This document shows positions 44,057 to 53,389 of a stretch of DNA of 64,000 nucleotides, one piece after another. Each line of letters starts with the position of its first letter. The first letter of the stretch is position 1. Made by a program: the position numbers and the translations under genes. This DNA comes from an uncultured Verrucomicrobia subdivision 3 bacterium (GTDB lineage: Bacteria > Verrucomicrobiota > Verrucomicrobiia > Limisphaerales > UBA11358). The notes beneath the pieces are model-generated. The model made no database searches. It worked only from the letters and a program-made list of their open reading frames with translations, and was not told the DNA's origin. Location: positions 1,953-65,952 of the forward strand of contig CAISEZ010000090.1 in the NCBI GenBank assembly GCA_903884535.1. The letters run 5' to 3'.

Positions 44057-44787
44057 GTTCCGTTCCACAATTAAGTGCCGAAGCCGCCGCCAATCTCCCG
44101 CGCCACGTCGCGGTGATCATGGACGGCAACGGGCGTTGGGCGAAGTCGCGGCACCTGCCGCGCATCGAGGGCCATCGGCGCGGCGCGGATTCCGCGCGCG
44201 AAATCATCCGCACGGCGGGCGAACTCGGCATCAAATATCTCACGCTCTACGCCTTTTCGGCGGAAAATTGGAATCGTCCCAAAGACGAAGTGGACGCGCT
44301 GATGAAATATCTCGTCCATTATCTCAAAACCGAGACGAAGGACCTGAACAAGAATAATGTCCGGCTCGAAGTCATCGGGCAAATTCATCGCCTGCCGGAC
44401 AACGTGCAGGAGCATCTGGCGAAATCCATCGCCACGCTTTCCAAGAACAACGGCCTGACGCTGATCATGGCGTTGAGTTACGGCAGCCGCATCGAAATCG
44501 TGGATGCCGCGCGGCAGATTGCCGAGAAAGTGAAGTCCGGCAAACTTGAACCCGCCGACATCACCGAGAAAGTCATTTCCGATCACCTATGGACGCGCAA
44601 CGTGCCGGACCCCGATTTGCTCATCCGCACCAGCGGCGAGATGCGCGTCAGTAATTTTCTACTCTGGCAAATTTCCTACGCCGAGTTGGTCATCACGCCC
44701 ACGCTCTGGCCGGATTTCAAGAAGCCGCAATTCTTCGCCGCGCTGGAAGAATACGCCCGCCGCAACCGGCGGTTCGGCGGAGTGTGA
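44053..44787 (+). CDS. uppS: Undecaprenyl diphosphate synthase (cis-prenyltransferase)
   Basis: 244 aa. Motifs HVAVIMDGNGRWA, FSAENWNRP, RTSGEMRVSNFLLWQ. Confidence 0.95.
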   Translation: MSSVPQLSAEAAANLPRHVAVIMDGNGRWAKSRHLPRIEGHRRGADSAREIIRTAGELGIKYLTLYAFSAENWNRPKDEVDALMKYLVHYLKTETKDLNKNNVRLEVIGQIHRLPDNVQEHLAKSIATLSKNNGLTLIMALSYGSRIEIVDAARQIAEKVKSGKLEPADITEKVISDHLWTRNVPDPDLLIRTSGEMRVSNFLLWQISYAELVITPTLWPDFKKPQFFAALEEYARRNRRFGGV

Positions 44788-44789
44788 TG

Positions 44790-44880
44790 GAATGTGAAGT
44801 CAGAATGATGAATGTTGAAACAAAACCGCCCCAACAAAGGGTGAACGGTTTCATCATTCTTCATTCATAATTCATCCTTC
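44790..44880. repeat. Inverted pair of 7-nt-periodic arrays forming a long hairpin between uppS and the RluA-family gene
   Basis: GAATGTG AAGTCAG AATGATG AATGTTG AAAC ... GTTTC ATCATTC TTCATTC ATAATTC ATCCTTC. Arms 44803-44821 and 44848-44866 are complementary at 17 of 19 positions. Confidence 0.65.
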
Positions 44881-44883
44881 GTA

Positions 44884-45663
44884 ATGAACCCGCTGTTTCA
44901 GGTAATCCACGAAGACGCCGACCTGCTGGTCGTCCACAAACCCGCCGGGCTGGTCTGTCATCCCACCAAGGGTGATGAATACTCCAGCCTCATCAGCCGA
45001 GTCCGGATTTATTTGAATCGCTCGGTTGACGGCAACTCCCAACTTTCAACTTTCAACCCTCAACCGTTTTTGGTCCACCGCCTCGACCGCGAAACCAGCG
45101 GCATCGTGTTGCTCGCCAAAAATCCGGTGGCGGCTGGCGAACTCGGCAAAATCTGGGAGACGCGGACCGTCCTCAAAGAATACTTGGCCATTGTTCACGG
45201 CCACGTCGCGGCGGAGCAGGGGATCATTGACGCCCCGCTGGGCAAGGACACCGCCAGCATCGTCGCCATCAAAGATTGCGTCCGCCTCGACGGTTCCCCT
45301 GCGCAGACGGAATTTTGCGTGGAAAAAAGATTCGCGCGTTTGATCCCAACTTTCAACCTTCAACCTTCAACCTTCACGCTTCTGAGATTACGCCCGCTCA
45401 CCGGCCGCAAGCATCAGCTCCGCATCCACCTCGCGCACCTCGGCCATCCCATCGTCGGTGACAAAATTTACGGCGGCGATCCGGATTTGTATCTGGCGCT
45501 GGTCGAGAACCGGCTCACCGACGAACAGCGAGTCCGGCTCATTATGCCGAACCATGCGCTGCACGCTGGCCGGCTGCAATTCGAGTGGCGCGGCCAGACC
45601 CGCCAGTTTCTCGCCCCGCCCGAAGCAGATTTCAAAAATTTTCTTGAGGGGCAGCCGGCATGA
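44884..45663 (+). CDS. RluA-family pseudouridine synthase
   Basis: 259 aa. Motifs LLVVHKPAGL, VHRLDRETSGIVLLAK and TGRKHQLRIHL. Carries two in-frame heptamer arrays. Confidence 0.85.
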   Translation: MNPLFQVIHEDADLLVVHKPAGLVCHPTKGDEYSSLISRVRIYLNRSVDGNSQLSTFNPQPFLVHRLDRETSGIVLLAKNPVAAGELGKIWETRTVLKEYLAIVHGHVAAEQGIIDAPLGKDTASIVAIKDCVRLDGSPAQTEFCVEKRFARLIPTFNLQPSTFTLLRLRPLTGRKHQLRIHLAHLGHPIVGDKIYGGDPDLYLALVENRLTDEQRVRLIMPNHALHAGRLQFEWRGQTRQFLAPPEADFKNFLEGQPA

Positions 45664-45738
45664 GCTGACTAAAATCCGGGTTTGTCCGTTTGACAAACAA
45701 TGCGTCGGTCGGAATGTCGCGGCGCGTCACTCCGGTCG

Positions 45739-47307
45739 TCAAACCGGCGTGTGGCGCGACTGGCGTTTCGGCAGCGAGCGGTCGCGGTTGCGGATGGCGG
45801 ACCAGTTTTCTTCCGGCAAAAATTCTTTCAGGAAATTCGGGGCATCGCGGCGGCCGGTGCGTTGGCAATCTTTCCAAAAGGTTTCTGCCACCAGCTTCGC
45901 ATCGAGCAAAAGTTCGCGGGTGAGAAATTCAAACAGCAGTTCCATCAGCCGCGCCAGGGCGATGCTGTCGGTGCGGTTTATTTTTGCGAACAGCCAGTCG
46001 CTGAAGCGGAGAAAATTGGTGAATGGCGAGGTGCCTCCGCTCCAAAGTAACGGTGCAGTGGCGACGAAGTTGCCGCTGTTGCCAACCAGATCCCAGTAGC
46101 GGGCAAAGCGGCGCAGGCGCTGCATCGTGGCGAAATCAATCAGCTTGTTTTGCAAAATTTCGTAAGGCGGATGCGCGTTGTAAATCATCTGCCACTCAGC
46201 GTCATGCCGGATGATGGGCGTGCCGCGCAGCCGTTTTAAAATACCGACCTGGATTTCCTGCGGGCCGAACGCGATGAGCCGGTCGAAACCGGCGGCAAAA
46301 CTTTCCGGCGTCTCGCCTGGCAGACCGACGATCAGATCGGCGTGTATGTGGACGCTAGTTTCTTGGCGCAGAAAAATAAAATTATCCGCCATCCGTTCGT
46401 AATTCTGCCGCCGGCTGATGAGCGAGCCGACTTCGGGATTGAATGTTTGAATGCCAACCTCAAATTGCAGCGAGCCGGGCGGAAATTTGGCGATGACTTC
46501 GCGCAACTCGGCGGGCAGGCGGTCGGGAATCATCTCGAAATGAAAAAACATTCCGGGCTGATACCGCGTGAGAAAAAAATCGAGCAACGCTTTGCTCACC
46601 GCAATGTTCAAGTTGAACGTGCGGTCCACGAACTTGAATTGCTTCAAGCCGCGGTCCAAAAGCTTTTGCATCGCGGCGAGAAATTTGTCCAGCGGCACCT
46701 GGCGCACCGGAATGTCCAGCGATGAAAGGCAAAACTCGCAGGTGAACGGACAACCGCGCGAGGCTTCGACATAAATGATGCGGTGCGCGAGATCCGCTTC
46801 GGTGTAAAAATCGTAGGGCAGCGCGATCCGTGAAAAATCCGGCAGCTCTGCTGGGATGATTTTTGGCAGGTCCTTGCGCCCGGCTAGCAATAAGTCCCGG
46901 CACACTTCAGCAAATTTCAAATCCGCCTCGCCGGTGATGACATGGTCGGCCAGCTCGACGATTTTTTGGCCGTCGGTCTCGTAGCTGACCTCCGGGCCGC
47001 CGAGGATGATTTTGATTTCCGGGCGGAGGCGTTTGATCGCGGTGATGACTTCGGTGGTTTCCGTCACGTTCCAAATATAAATGCCGAAGCCGAGAATTTT
47101 CGGTTCGCGCGCGAGCAGCATTTCCGCGATGTCGAGCGGCCGCAGATTGATGTCGAACTCGACGATGACGGCGCGCGACTGCAAGTCGCCGAGGTTGGCG
47201 AAAAGATAGCGCAGCCCGAACGCGGCGTGGATGAACTTCGCGTTGAGCGTGGTGAGGACGATGTCCGGCATCGCGTTAAAATTAGCAATCGCCGCCGCGC
47301 GCGGCAA
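45739..47307 (-). CDS. B12-binding-domain radical SAM protein with a DUF4080-like C-terminal region
   Basis: 522 aa. N-terminal Rossmann-like B12-binding module, then the [12 protein letters not shown] (CxxxCxxC) motif. Confidence 0.8.
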   Translation of the reverse strand: MPRAAAIANFNAMPDIVLTTLNAKFIHAAFGLRYLFANLGDLQSRAVIVEFDINLRPLDIAEMLLAREPKILGFGIYIWNVTETTEVITAIKRLRPEIKIILGGPEVSYETDGQKIVELADHVITGEADLKFAEVCRDLLLAGRKDLPKIIPAELPDFSRIALPYDFYTEADLAHRIIYVEASRGCPFTCEFCLSSLDIPVRQVPLDKFLAAMQKLLDRGLKQFKFVDRTFNLNIAVSKALLDFFLTRYQPGMFFHFEMIPDRLPAELREVIAKFPPGSLQFEVGIQTFNPEVGSLISRRQNYERMADNFIFLRQETSVHIHADLIVGLPGETPESFAAGFDRLIAFGPQEIQVGILKRLRGTPIIRHDAEWQMIYNAHPPYEILQNKLIDFATMQRLRRFARYWDLVGNSGNFVATAPLLWSGGTSPFTNFLRFSDWLFAKINRTDSIALARLMELLFEFLTRELLLDAKLVAETFWKDCQRTGRRDAPNFLKEFLPEENWSAIRNRDRSLPKRQSRHTPV

Positions 47308-47402
47308 TGAATTGCCGCAAACCGGCGGTCAATCCACGTCCAGTATTTGCCAATAGTGGTTTGGAATAATTATCCAAGTGGCGCGAATGTTGAGTCACAC
47401 TT

Positions 47403-47735
47403 ATGAAAAAACTAGCACTCCTCGCAATCCCGGCGGCGCTCGCGCTCGCCTTCACCACCACGACTGCCAACGCCGCTGACGGCAAGGCGGTGTATTCCGA
47501 CAACTGCGCCAAATGCCACGGCGACGATGGCAAGGGTGCGACCAAGATGGGCGCGAAGCTCGGCGCGAAAGATTATTCCGACGCGGCGGTGCAGGCGGCC
47601 CTCACGGATGATCAGGCGTTCAAATCCATCAAGGAAGGCCTGAAGAAAGACGACAAGACGTTGATGAAACCATCCGAGCTTGCCGACGAGGACATCAAGG
47701 CGTCCATCGCCTATCTGCGGACGCTCAAGAAATAG
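47403..47735 (+). CDS. Small periplasmic c-type cytochrome
   Basis: 110 aa with a signal peptide. Haem motif CAKCHG and a distal Met (TLMKP). Confidence 0.8.
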   Translation: MKKLALLAIPAALALAFTTTTANAADGKAVYSDNCAKCHGDDGKGATKMGAKLGAKDYSDAAVQAALTDDQAFKSIKEGLKKDDKTLMKPSELADEDIKASIAYLRTLKK

Positions 47736-47817
47736 TGGCCGCGAACCGTTCCCGTTTTTGTGGCGCCCATCGTCATTGACTTTTATGGCGATCGGCGTCT
47801 AATTCTTCGCCATCAAT

Positions 47818-48459
47818 TTGCTTGAATACATTTTGCTGGCGGCCAGTTCACTCTTTGTGATCGTGGATCCGCTGGCCACCGTGCCGGCGTTTCTGGCCAT
47901 GACGCCGAACGACACGGCGGAGCAGCGCATCCGCACGGCGCGGTTGGCGTGCTGCGTGGCGGCTGGCGTGCTGCTGGCATTTTCCTTCGCGGGTCAACTG
48001 GTCTTCAAAGTTATGGGCATCACCATGCCGGCGTTTCAAATCGCCGCGAGCATCCTGTTGCTGATCGTGGCGCTGGACATGGTGCGGGCCCAACGCTCGC
48101 GCGTTCAGGAAACGCGTGAAGAAACGAAGGCCGGCACGGAAAAAACGGACATCGCCGTGACGCCGCTGGCCATTCCGATGCTGGCCGGGCCGGGCGCGAT
48201 TTCCACCACGATCCTGTTGCAGAACGAGGCGAAAACAATTCCACAACACATCGCGCTTTACGGCTGCATCGTGGCGGTGGCACTGGTGAGCTATTTGATT
48301 TTGAGGATTTCCGCCCGCAGCGTGCGCTGGCTGAATCCGATTCTGATGAATATCGCCATCCGCATCATGGGCCTGCTGCTCGCGGCCGTGGCGGTGCAAT
48401 TCATGCTCAATGCCATCAAAGCGTTCCGGCTGGAATTGCTGACACCGGTGACGAGTTAA
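47818..48459 (+). CDS. marC: MarC family (UPF0056) integral membrane protein
   Basis: 213 aa, six TM, with LFVIVDPLATVPAFLAM and the repeated GPGAIST motif. TTG start as given in the track. Confidence 0.75.
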   Translation: MLEYILLAASSLFVIVDPLATVPAFLAMTPNDTAEQRIRTARLACCVAAGVLLAFSFAGQLVFKVMGITMPAFQIAASILLLIVALDMVRAQRSRVQETREETKAGTEKTDIAVTPLAIPMLAGPGAISTTILLQNEAKTIPQHIALYGCIVAVALVSYLILRISARSVRWLNPILMNIAIRIMGLLLAAVAVQFMLNAIKAFRLELLTPVTS

Positions 48460-48480
48460 ACTCGTGCCCCGCCGCAATGG

Positions 48481-49182
48481 TCAGCGATAGCCGGCGTAGC
48501 CACCCGCCGTGGGCACTTCTGTTTCGTCGGGAAACTCATCCAAAATTTCTTTTGGGATGCCCTTGAAATCATGGTGACGCGCACACGCCACCACCGTCAT
48601 GCCCGATTGCTCCCGTTTGCCAAAGTTGGACAAAATCAAAAACGGTTTCGGAATTTGATCCAGATGGCCTTCAAACGCGGCCACATGAAAAACCGTGCCG
48701 CCATCGGCCCCGGTTTCGTTCAGAATTTTATTGCTCAAAACAGCCGCCGGAATTTGGTCGAGATGACCGTAGCGCGCCGCCACGTGCAACGCCGTTTCGC
48801 CCCGTTCACATTTGAGACTCAAGTTTTCCGCGGTGATACCGGCGGCCGGAATCTGGTCCAGATGGCCATGTTGGGCGGCGAGATGGAGCACCGTTTTGCC
48901 TTTTTGAAATTTTGTGTTCAGCGGTTTGCTCAAGTTGGCGGCAGTCAAAAATTCCTTGGGCACCAGATCCAGATTGCCGTGTTCTGCCGCCAAGTGCAGC
49001 GCCGAGAAACCCAGGTAAGTGGGGCAGGTGAAATGAGATTCGTTGAGCGACTGCGCATTCGTTTCCAGCAGCTTCAACAAAATGCTTTTGATGCGTTCGC
49101 CGGTGCCGCGAAACAGCTCGCACAAATCGCCCGGCAAGGCGGTGGCCGGCGTGGCTAATGTGAGATGGGTAGGCATAAACAA
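48481..49182 (-). CDS. Ankyrin-repeat protein
   Basis: 233 aa. Four consecutive units of the type T(A/V)LH(L/V)AA.(H/Y)GHLDQIP. Confidence 0.8.
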   Translation of the reverse strand: MFMPTHLTLATPATALPGDLCELFRGTGERIKSILLKLLETNAQSLNESHFTCPTYLGFSALHLAAEHGNLDLVPKEFLTAANLSKPLNTKFQKGKTVLHLAAQHGHLDQIPAAGITAENLSLKCERGETALHVAARYGHLDQIPAAVLSNKILNETGADGGTVFHVAAFEGHLDQIPKPFLILSNFGKREQSGMTVVACARHHDFKGIPKEILDEFPDETEVPTAGGYAGYR

Positions 49183-49380
49183 TTCCTTTCCGGTTGGTCA
49201 GACCGGGTTGACCAACTGGCCGACATCCTGTGCCATGAGATACGCATGTCTGTCTAAATTTTTGTCGCGCAGTTTGCATTTCTGGACAGTGTCCGACTGC
49301 AATCCGCCCGATATTTCACTTTTTAATTAAAAGCAATTCTGAAGCCACAAGTGAACAACAATGGATTCACTTAAAAACAA

Positions 49381-49500
49381 AAGTCGAAACCACGAAATAC
49401 ACGAAAATAAAAACGGCATCAATTGGGCGGTTTCCGTGTCATTCGGGTATTTCGTGGTTTATCAATCCCGGTATTCAGGTTTAATTCCGGCGTGGCGATT
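49381..49500. repeat. Inverted 7-nt-periodic array element upstream of, and overlapping, the annotated 5' end of the TrmH-family gene
   Basis: AAACCACGAAAT (49387-49398) is the perfect reverse complement of ATTTCGTGGTTT (49449-49460). The 17-mer ATTTCGTGGTTTATCAA recurs at 63249-63265. Confidence 0.65.
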
Positions 49501-50307
49501 TTGCACATTCAACCCGTTTCATCACTGGACGCGCCGGAACTGGCGCTGTATCGGACGCTCAAGCGCGTTGAGGAACACGAGCGGGCCGGCGTGCTGGTGG
49601 CCGCGAACATCAAAGTGATCAAGCGCCTGCTCGCAAGCCGGTTCACCGTCGTCTCCGCGCTGCTCACACCGGCTTGGCTGGAAAAACTAGAGCCGCAACT
49701 GCGCGCGCGGCCGGAAATCATCGGCGTTTATGTCGCCGACCAGAAAGTTTTGGAAACCATCACCGGCTACAAATTGCATCAAGGCGCGCTGGCGGTGGCC
49801 AAAATTCCGCCGCTGCCGGACCTGGAAACGCTGTTGAAAAACTCCCCACGTCCGCTGCTACTGGCTGCCGTCGAAGGCATCGCCAGCGCGGAAAATCTTG
49901 GTGCGGTGGTGCGGAGCTGCGCGGCATTCGGCGCGCACATTTTAATTATTGGCGAGACGTGCGGCAGCCCGTTTCAGCGGCGCGCGGTGGCCGGTTCGAT
50001 GGGCACCATTTTTGAGCAGCCCGTCGTGCGGGTGGAAAATTTGGCGGAAACTTTGATGGCCTTGCGGGTGCGCGGCATGCGTTGTTTCGCGGCCCATCCA
50101 CGACCCGGCGCGACGAAGCTGGCGCACGCCGATCTGCGCGGCGACTGCTGCCTCGTGTTCGGCGCGGAAGGGCCGGGACTAACAGCGAACGCGTTGGCGG
50201 CATGTGACGAAATGGTTGAAATCCCGATGCCGTCGCACATGAATTCACTGAACGTGGCGGTGGCGACGGGAGTTTTTCTTTACGAAGCGACCCGGCAGCG
50301 CGAATGA
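49492..50307 (+). CDS. TrmH/SpoU-family RNA 2'-O-methyltransferase
   Basis: Has the AENLGAVVRSCAAFG, LVFGAEGPGL and IPM....SLNVAVATGVFLYE motifs. The GTG at 49492 is preferred because residues 1-23 of the track ORF (FRVIRVFRG...) are translated repeat element. Confidence 0.8.
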   Translation: MAILHIQPVSSLDAPELALYRTLKRVEEHERAGVLVAANIKVIKRLLASRFTVVSALLTPAWLEKLEPQLRARPEIIGVYVADQKVLETITGYKLHQGALAVAKIPPLPDLETLLKNSPRPLLLAAVEGIASAENLGAVVRSCAAFGAHILIIGETCGSPFQRRAVAGSMGTIFEQPVVRVENLAETLMALRVRGMRCFAAHPRPGATKLAHADLRGDCCLVFGAEGPGLTANALAACDEMVEIPMPSHMNSLNVAVATGVFLYEATRQRE

Positions 50308-50318
50308 ATTTGCGACAA

Positions 50319-52634
50319 TTATTTTATCGGATTTAATTGCCCGTCGAAGGCGTAGCTGCGGCCCGGCTTCGTCTTCAATTCCACTTCGTGCTGACCGCTG
50401 CGGAGGAGACATGGATTGCCGAGTTTGGAATGCACCACCGCTTGGGCGAGCGCCCCATCTTTCCAAACAAGATCAACTTCAAAACCGCCGCGCGCGCAAA
50501 GTCCGCTCACCGAACCCGCCGACCAAACCTTCGGCAATGCGGGCAGTAGATTCAAAATTCTGACTTCTGACTTCTGGCTTCTGCCTCCTGTTTCATGACT
50601 TTGCAGCAGCATCTCTGCGATGCCGGCGGCGGTGCCGAAATTACCGTCAATCTGAAACGGACCGCAAAGATCAAAAAGATTGGGCAGCGTTTTGCGCTGA
50701 AACAAACTGTTCAACTGGCGAAAAACAAGATCGCCGTCGCCGACACGCGCCCCAAGTCCCATGCGCCACGCGTAACTCCAGCCGGTGCTGCCGTCACCGC
50801 GCCAACCCAACAAAACTTTGGCGGCGGCAAAAACATTCGTGTCGGCGGGCGTGATGTCATTGCCGGGATACAGCGCCCAGAGCGGCGACATGTGGCGATG
50901 CGCGTTGTTTGGCTTGTCAATATCTGCCAGCCATTCCTGAAGCTGGCCATGCTGGCCGATTTGATTGGGTGGCAACTGATCGCGGACGGCGGCGAGCTGC
51001 GCGGCGAATTTTTTATCCCTATCCAAAATATTCGCGGCGGCGATGGTGTTGTTCAGCAGCGCGCGGATGAGTTGGTTGTCCATCGTCGGGCCTTGCGTCT
51101 CCTCGCCTTGTTCCGGCGAATATGACGGCGAGGTGACGAGCCAGCCGGTCTGCGGATCTTTGATCAGAAAATCCGCGAAAAATTGCGCGGCCGATTTCAG
51201 GTCGGGATAAGCGCGGGCGAGAAATTTTTTGTCGCCGGTAAATTGGTAATGTTCCCACAAATGCTGGCAGAGCCAGGCGCCGCCGGTGGGCCAGACGCCG
51301 TCAATGCCGTTGATCGGCGCGGAGCCGCGCCAGAGGTCGGTGTTGTGATGCACCACCCAGCCGCCGCAGCCGTATTGTTTGCGAGCGGTGCGCGCGCCGC
51401 TGACGGCGAGATCGTCAATCAAACCAAACAGCGGCTCGTGGCACTCGCTCAAGTTACAGACTTCGGCCGGCCAGTAATTCATTTCGCAATTGATGTTCAA
51501 GGTCCATTTGCTTTCCCACGGCGGGTCAAGGTTGTCGTTCCACAAGCCTTGGAGGTTCGCCGGTTGTCCGCCGGCGCGGCTGCAGGAAATGAGAAGATAC
51601 CGGCCATAATTAAAATAAAGCGTCGCCAGCGCGGGATCGTTGGTGAGGCCGGAAGTTTTCACCTGCTTCAACCGCTCATCGGTCGGCAGCGATGCGCGGT
51701 CGCTGTGGCCAAGATCAAGCTGAACACGGTGGAAAAGATTTTTGTAATCCGCCTGTTGGTCAGCGAACACCGAATCGAATCCGCGCTTGGAAACTTTTTT
51801 CAAATCGCTGGCGCAGCGCACCGCCGGATTGGCGCTGATGTCCTGAAAATTCTTGAAGCTCGTCGCCGCCACGAGATACAGCGTGACGCTGTCCGCGTTT
51901 TCCACCGTGATGGAATTTCCATTGGTAGTGACTTGGCCGCCGGTGTTGAGAACCCGCACGCGCGATTCAAAACGCAGTCCGTCCGTCTCCACCTGGCCGT
52001 CGAGCGCGAGCGTGTGGGAATCGAGCGCGCTCGTTTTCGAATCCGCGTGCGGACTGGTCATCGCCAGCGTGAAGCTGATCTGCGCGGCCTTGTCCGCCGT
52101 GAAATGCAAAATGATGGCTTGGTCAGGAACACTCGCAAACGCCTCGCGCCGGAAGGTCGTGCCGTGCGCGCGGAAACTGACGCTGGCAACGGCGGAATCT
52201 AAGTTCAGTTCGCGGCGGTAATCCGTCGGATTATCCGCGCCGGAAAAATGCAGGCGCAGATCGCCGAACGGCTGATACGCCTTTTGCCGCGACGGTGTGC
52301 CGAGGAAATTGGTTTTGGCCAGCCCGCCCGCTTCCTTGTTTTTGCCGGCGGCGAGCAGTTCGCGGATTTTCGGCAGCCATTGCAGCGCATTGGGGTTCGC
52401 GTAATCGTGCGGGTGACCGGTCCACAGCGTGTCTTCGTTGAACTGGATGCGCTCGTCGGTGATGCCGCCAAAGATCATCGCGCCCAGCCGGCCGTTGCCG
52501 ATGGGCAAAGCCTCCGTCCATTTCACGGCTGGCTGCGCATACCACAAGACCGGTGGCGGATTTGTTTGACCGGTGGCAGGCCGAATAAACGGCAGCAGGA
52601 CGAACAAAGTTAGGATCAAGCGACGGATTGGCAT
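50319..52634 (-). CDS. Glycoside hydrolase family 95 (alpha-L-fucosidase / alpha-L-galactosidase type)
   Basis: N-terminal WTEALPIGNGRLGAMIFGG...ERIQFNEDTLWTG signature. Motifs NLQGLWN and NINCEMNYW. Signal peptide from the ATG at 52634. Confidence 0.85.
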   Translation of the reverse strand: MPIRRLILTLFVLLPFIRPATGQTNPPPVLWYAQPAVKWTEALPIGNGRLGAMIFGGITDERIQFNEDTLWTGHPHDYANPNALQWLPKIRELLAAGKNKEAGGLAKTNFLGTPSRQKAYQPFGDLRLHFSGADNPTDYRRELNLDSAVASVSFRAHGTTFRREAFASVPDQAIILHFTADKAAQISFTLAMTSPHADSKTSALDSHTLALDGQVETDGLRFESRVRVLNTGGQVTTNGNSITVENADSVTLYLVAATSFKNFQDISANPAVRCASDLKKVSKRGFDSVFADQQADYKNLFHRVQLDLGHSDRASLPTDERLKQVKTSGLTNDPALATLYFNYGRYLLISCSRAGGQPANLQGLWNDNLDPPWESKWTLNINCEMNYWPAEVCNLSECHEPLFGLIDDLAVSGARTARKQYGCGGWVVHHNTDLWRGSAPINGIDGVWPTGGAWLCQHLWEHYQFTGDKKFLARAYPDLKSAAQFFADFLIKDPQTGWLVTSPSYSPEQGEETQGPTMDNQLIRALLNNTIAAANILDRDKKFAAQLAAVRDQLPPNQIGQHGQLQEWLADIDKPNNAHRHMSPLWALYPGNDITPADTNVFAAAKVLLGWRGDGSTGWSYAWRMGLGARVGDGDLVFRQLNSLFQRKTLPNLFDLCGPFQIDGNFGTAAGIAEMLLQSHETGGRSQKSEVRILNLLPALPKVWSAGSVSGLCARGGFEVDLVWKDGALAQAVVHSKLGNPCLLRSGQHEVELKTKPGRSYAFDGQLNPIK

Positions 52635-52764
52635 TTGATAATTATCACTGGCTGGTCGTCGCGTGACAAGGCTGGCCCGTGCGGTTGTCATTTTCAGCAA
52701 GTATTATGCTGGTTTTCGCTACCGGCGGGGAGCCATTCGAACCGACCTGTCTGCCACCGACCTT

Positions 52765-53238
52765 TCACTCACATTTGCTCATTTTGGCCAGGAAAGCTAT
52801 GGCGTTGGCGGCGATTTGCTCTGGCGTGTAATCCTGCTGGTGCGTGGCGATCGCCCATTGATGGCCGATCGGATCTTCCACCACGCCGTAGCGGTCGCCC
52901 CAGAACGAGTCGGAAATGGGCAGCTTCACCGTGCAGCCGGCTTTGACCGCGCGGTCAAACGCGGCGTTCGCGTCGGCGAGGTAAAGGTGGAGGGAGACGC
53001 TGGTGCCGCCGCAGCTTTTGGGTGACAACGTGTGTGGCGGCATCTCGCCGCCGAGCATGAGCAACGAGTCGCCGATTTTCAATTGGGCGTGCATCACTTT
53101 CTGGCCGTCCGGCGTCAGCAGCCGGAATAGTTCCTGCGCGCCAAACGCTTTTTTGTAAAACTCAATCGCCTGCGCACCGTCCGGCACGACGATGTGCGGC
53201 GTGAGCGTGTGGAAGCCGGTGGGAATGGGGTTGGCCAT
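52765..53238 (-). CDS. VOC/glyoxalase-fold protein (PhnB-like)
   Basis: 157 aa. L.PHIVV.DGAQAIEFYKKAFGA...H(A)QL.IGDS.LML... is the typical PhnB-like pattern. Confidence 0.7.
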   Translation of the reverse strand: MANPIPTGFHTLTPHIVVPDGAQAIEFYKKAFGAQELFRLLTPDGQKVMHAQLKIGDSLLMLGGEMPPHTLSPKSCGGTSVSLHLYLADANAAFDRAVKAGCTVKLPISDSFWGDRYGVVEDPIGHQWAIATHQQDYTPEQIAANAIAFLAKMSKCE

Positions 53239-53359
53239 GATTTTTCTTTCGTTTGAATTTTTGGAAAGATTTCACTGCCATAAAAAAATGCAAGTGAATG
53301 TTGAATTCATTTGATAACGGTGATTGCTGAGGTCAGGCGTCGCCGTCATTTTTTGGTTA

Positions 53360-53384
53360 GAGCCTCGTTACCTCGGCTGCTGCC
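53360..53384. repeat. Solo half-copy resembling the right arm of the 39150/62065 palindromic element
   Basis: GAGCCTCGTTACCTCGGCTGCTGCC compared with GAGCCGACTCACGTCGGCTGCTACC (about 19 of 25 by eye). Confidence 0.4.
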
Positions 53385-53389
53385 AATTT

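Noticed and set aside
49361-49618. 85-aa ORF (MDSLKNKSRNHEIHENKNG...) and the FRVIRVFRG N-terminal extension of the methyltransferase
   Set aside because: Both are translations of the inverted heptamer-array element and have no independent coding evidence.
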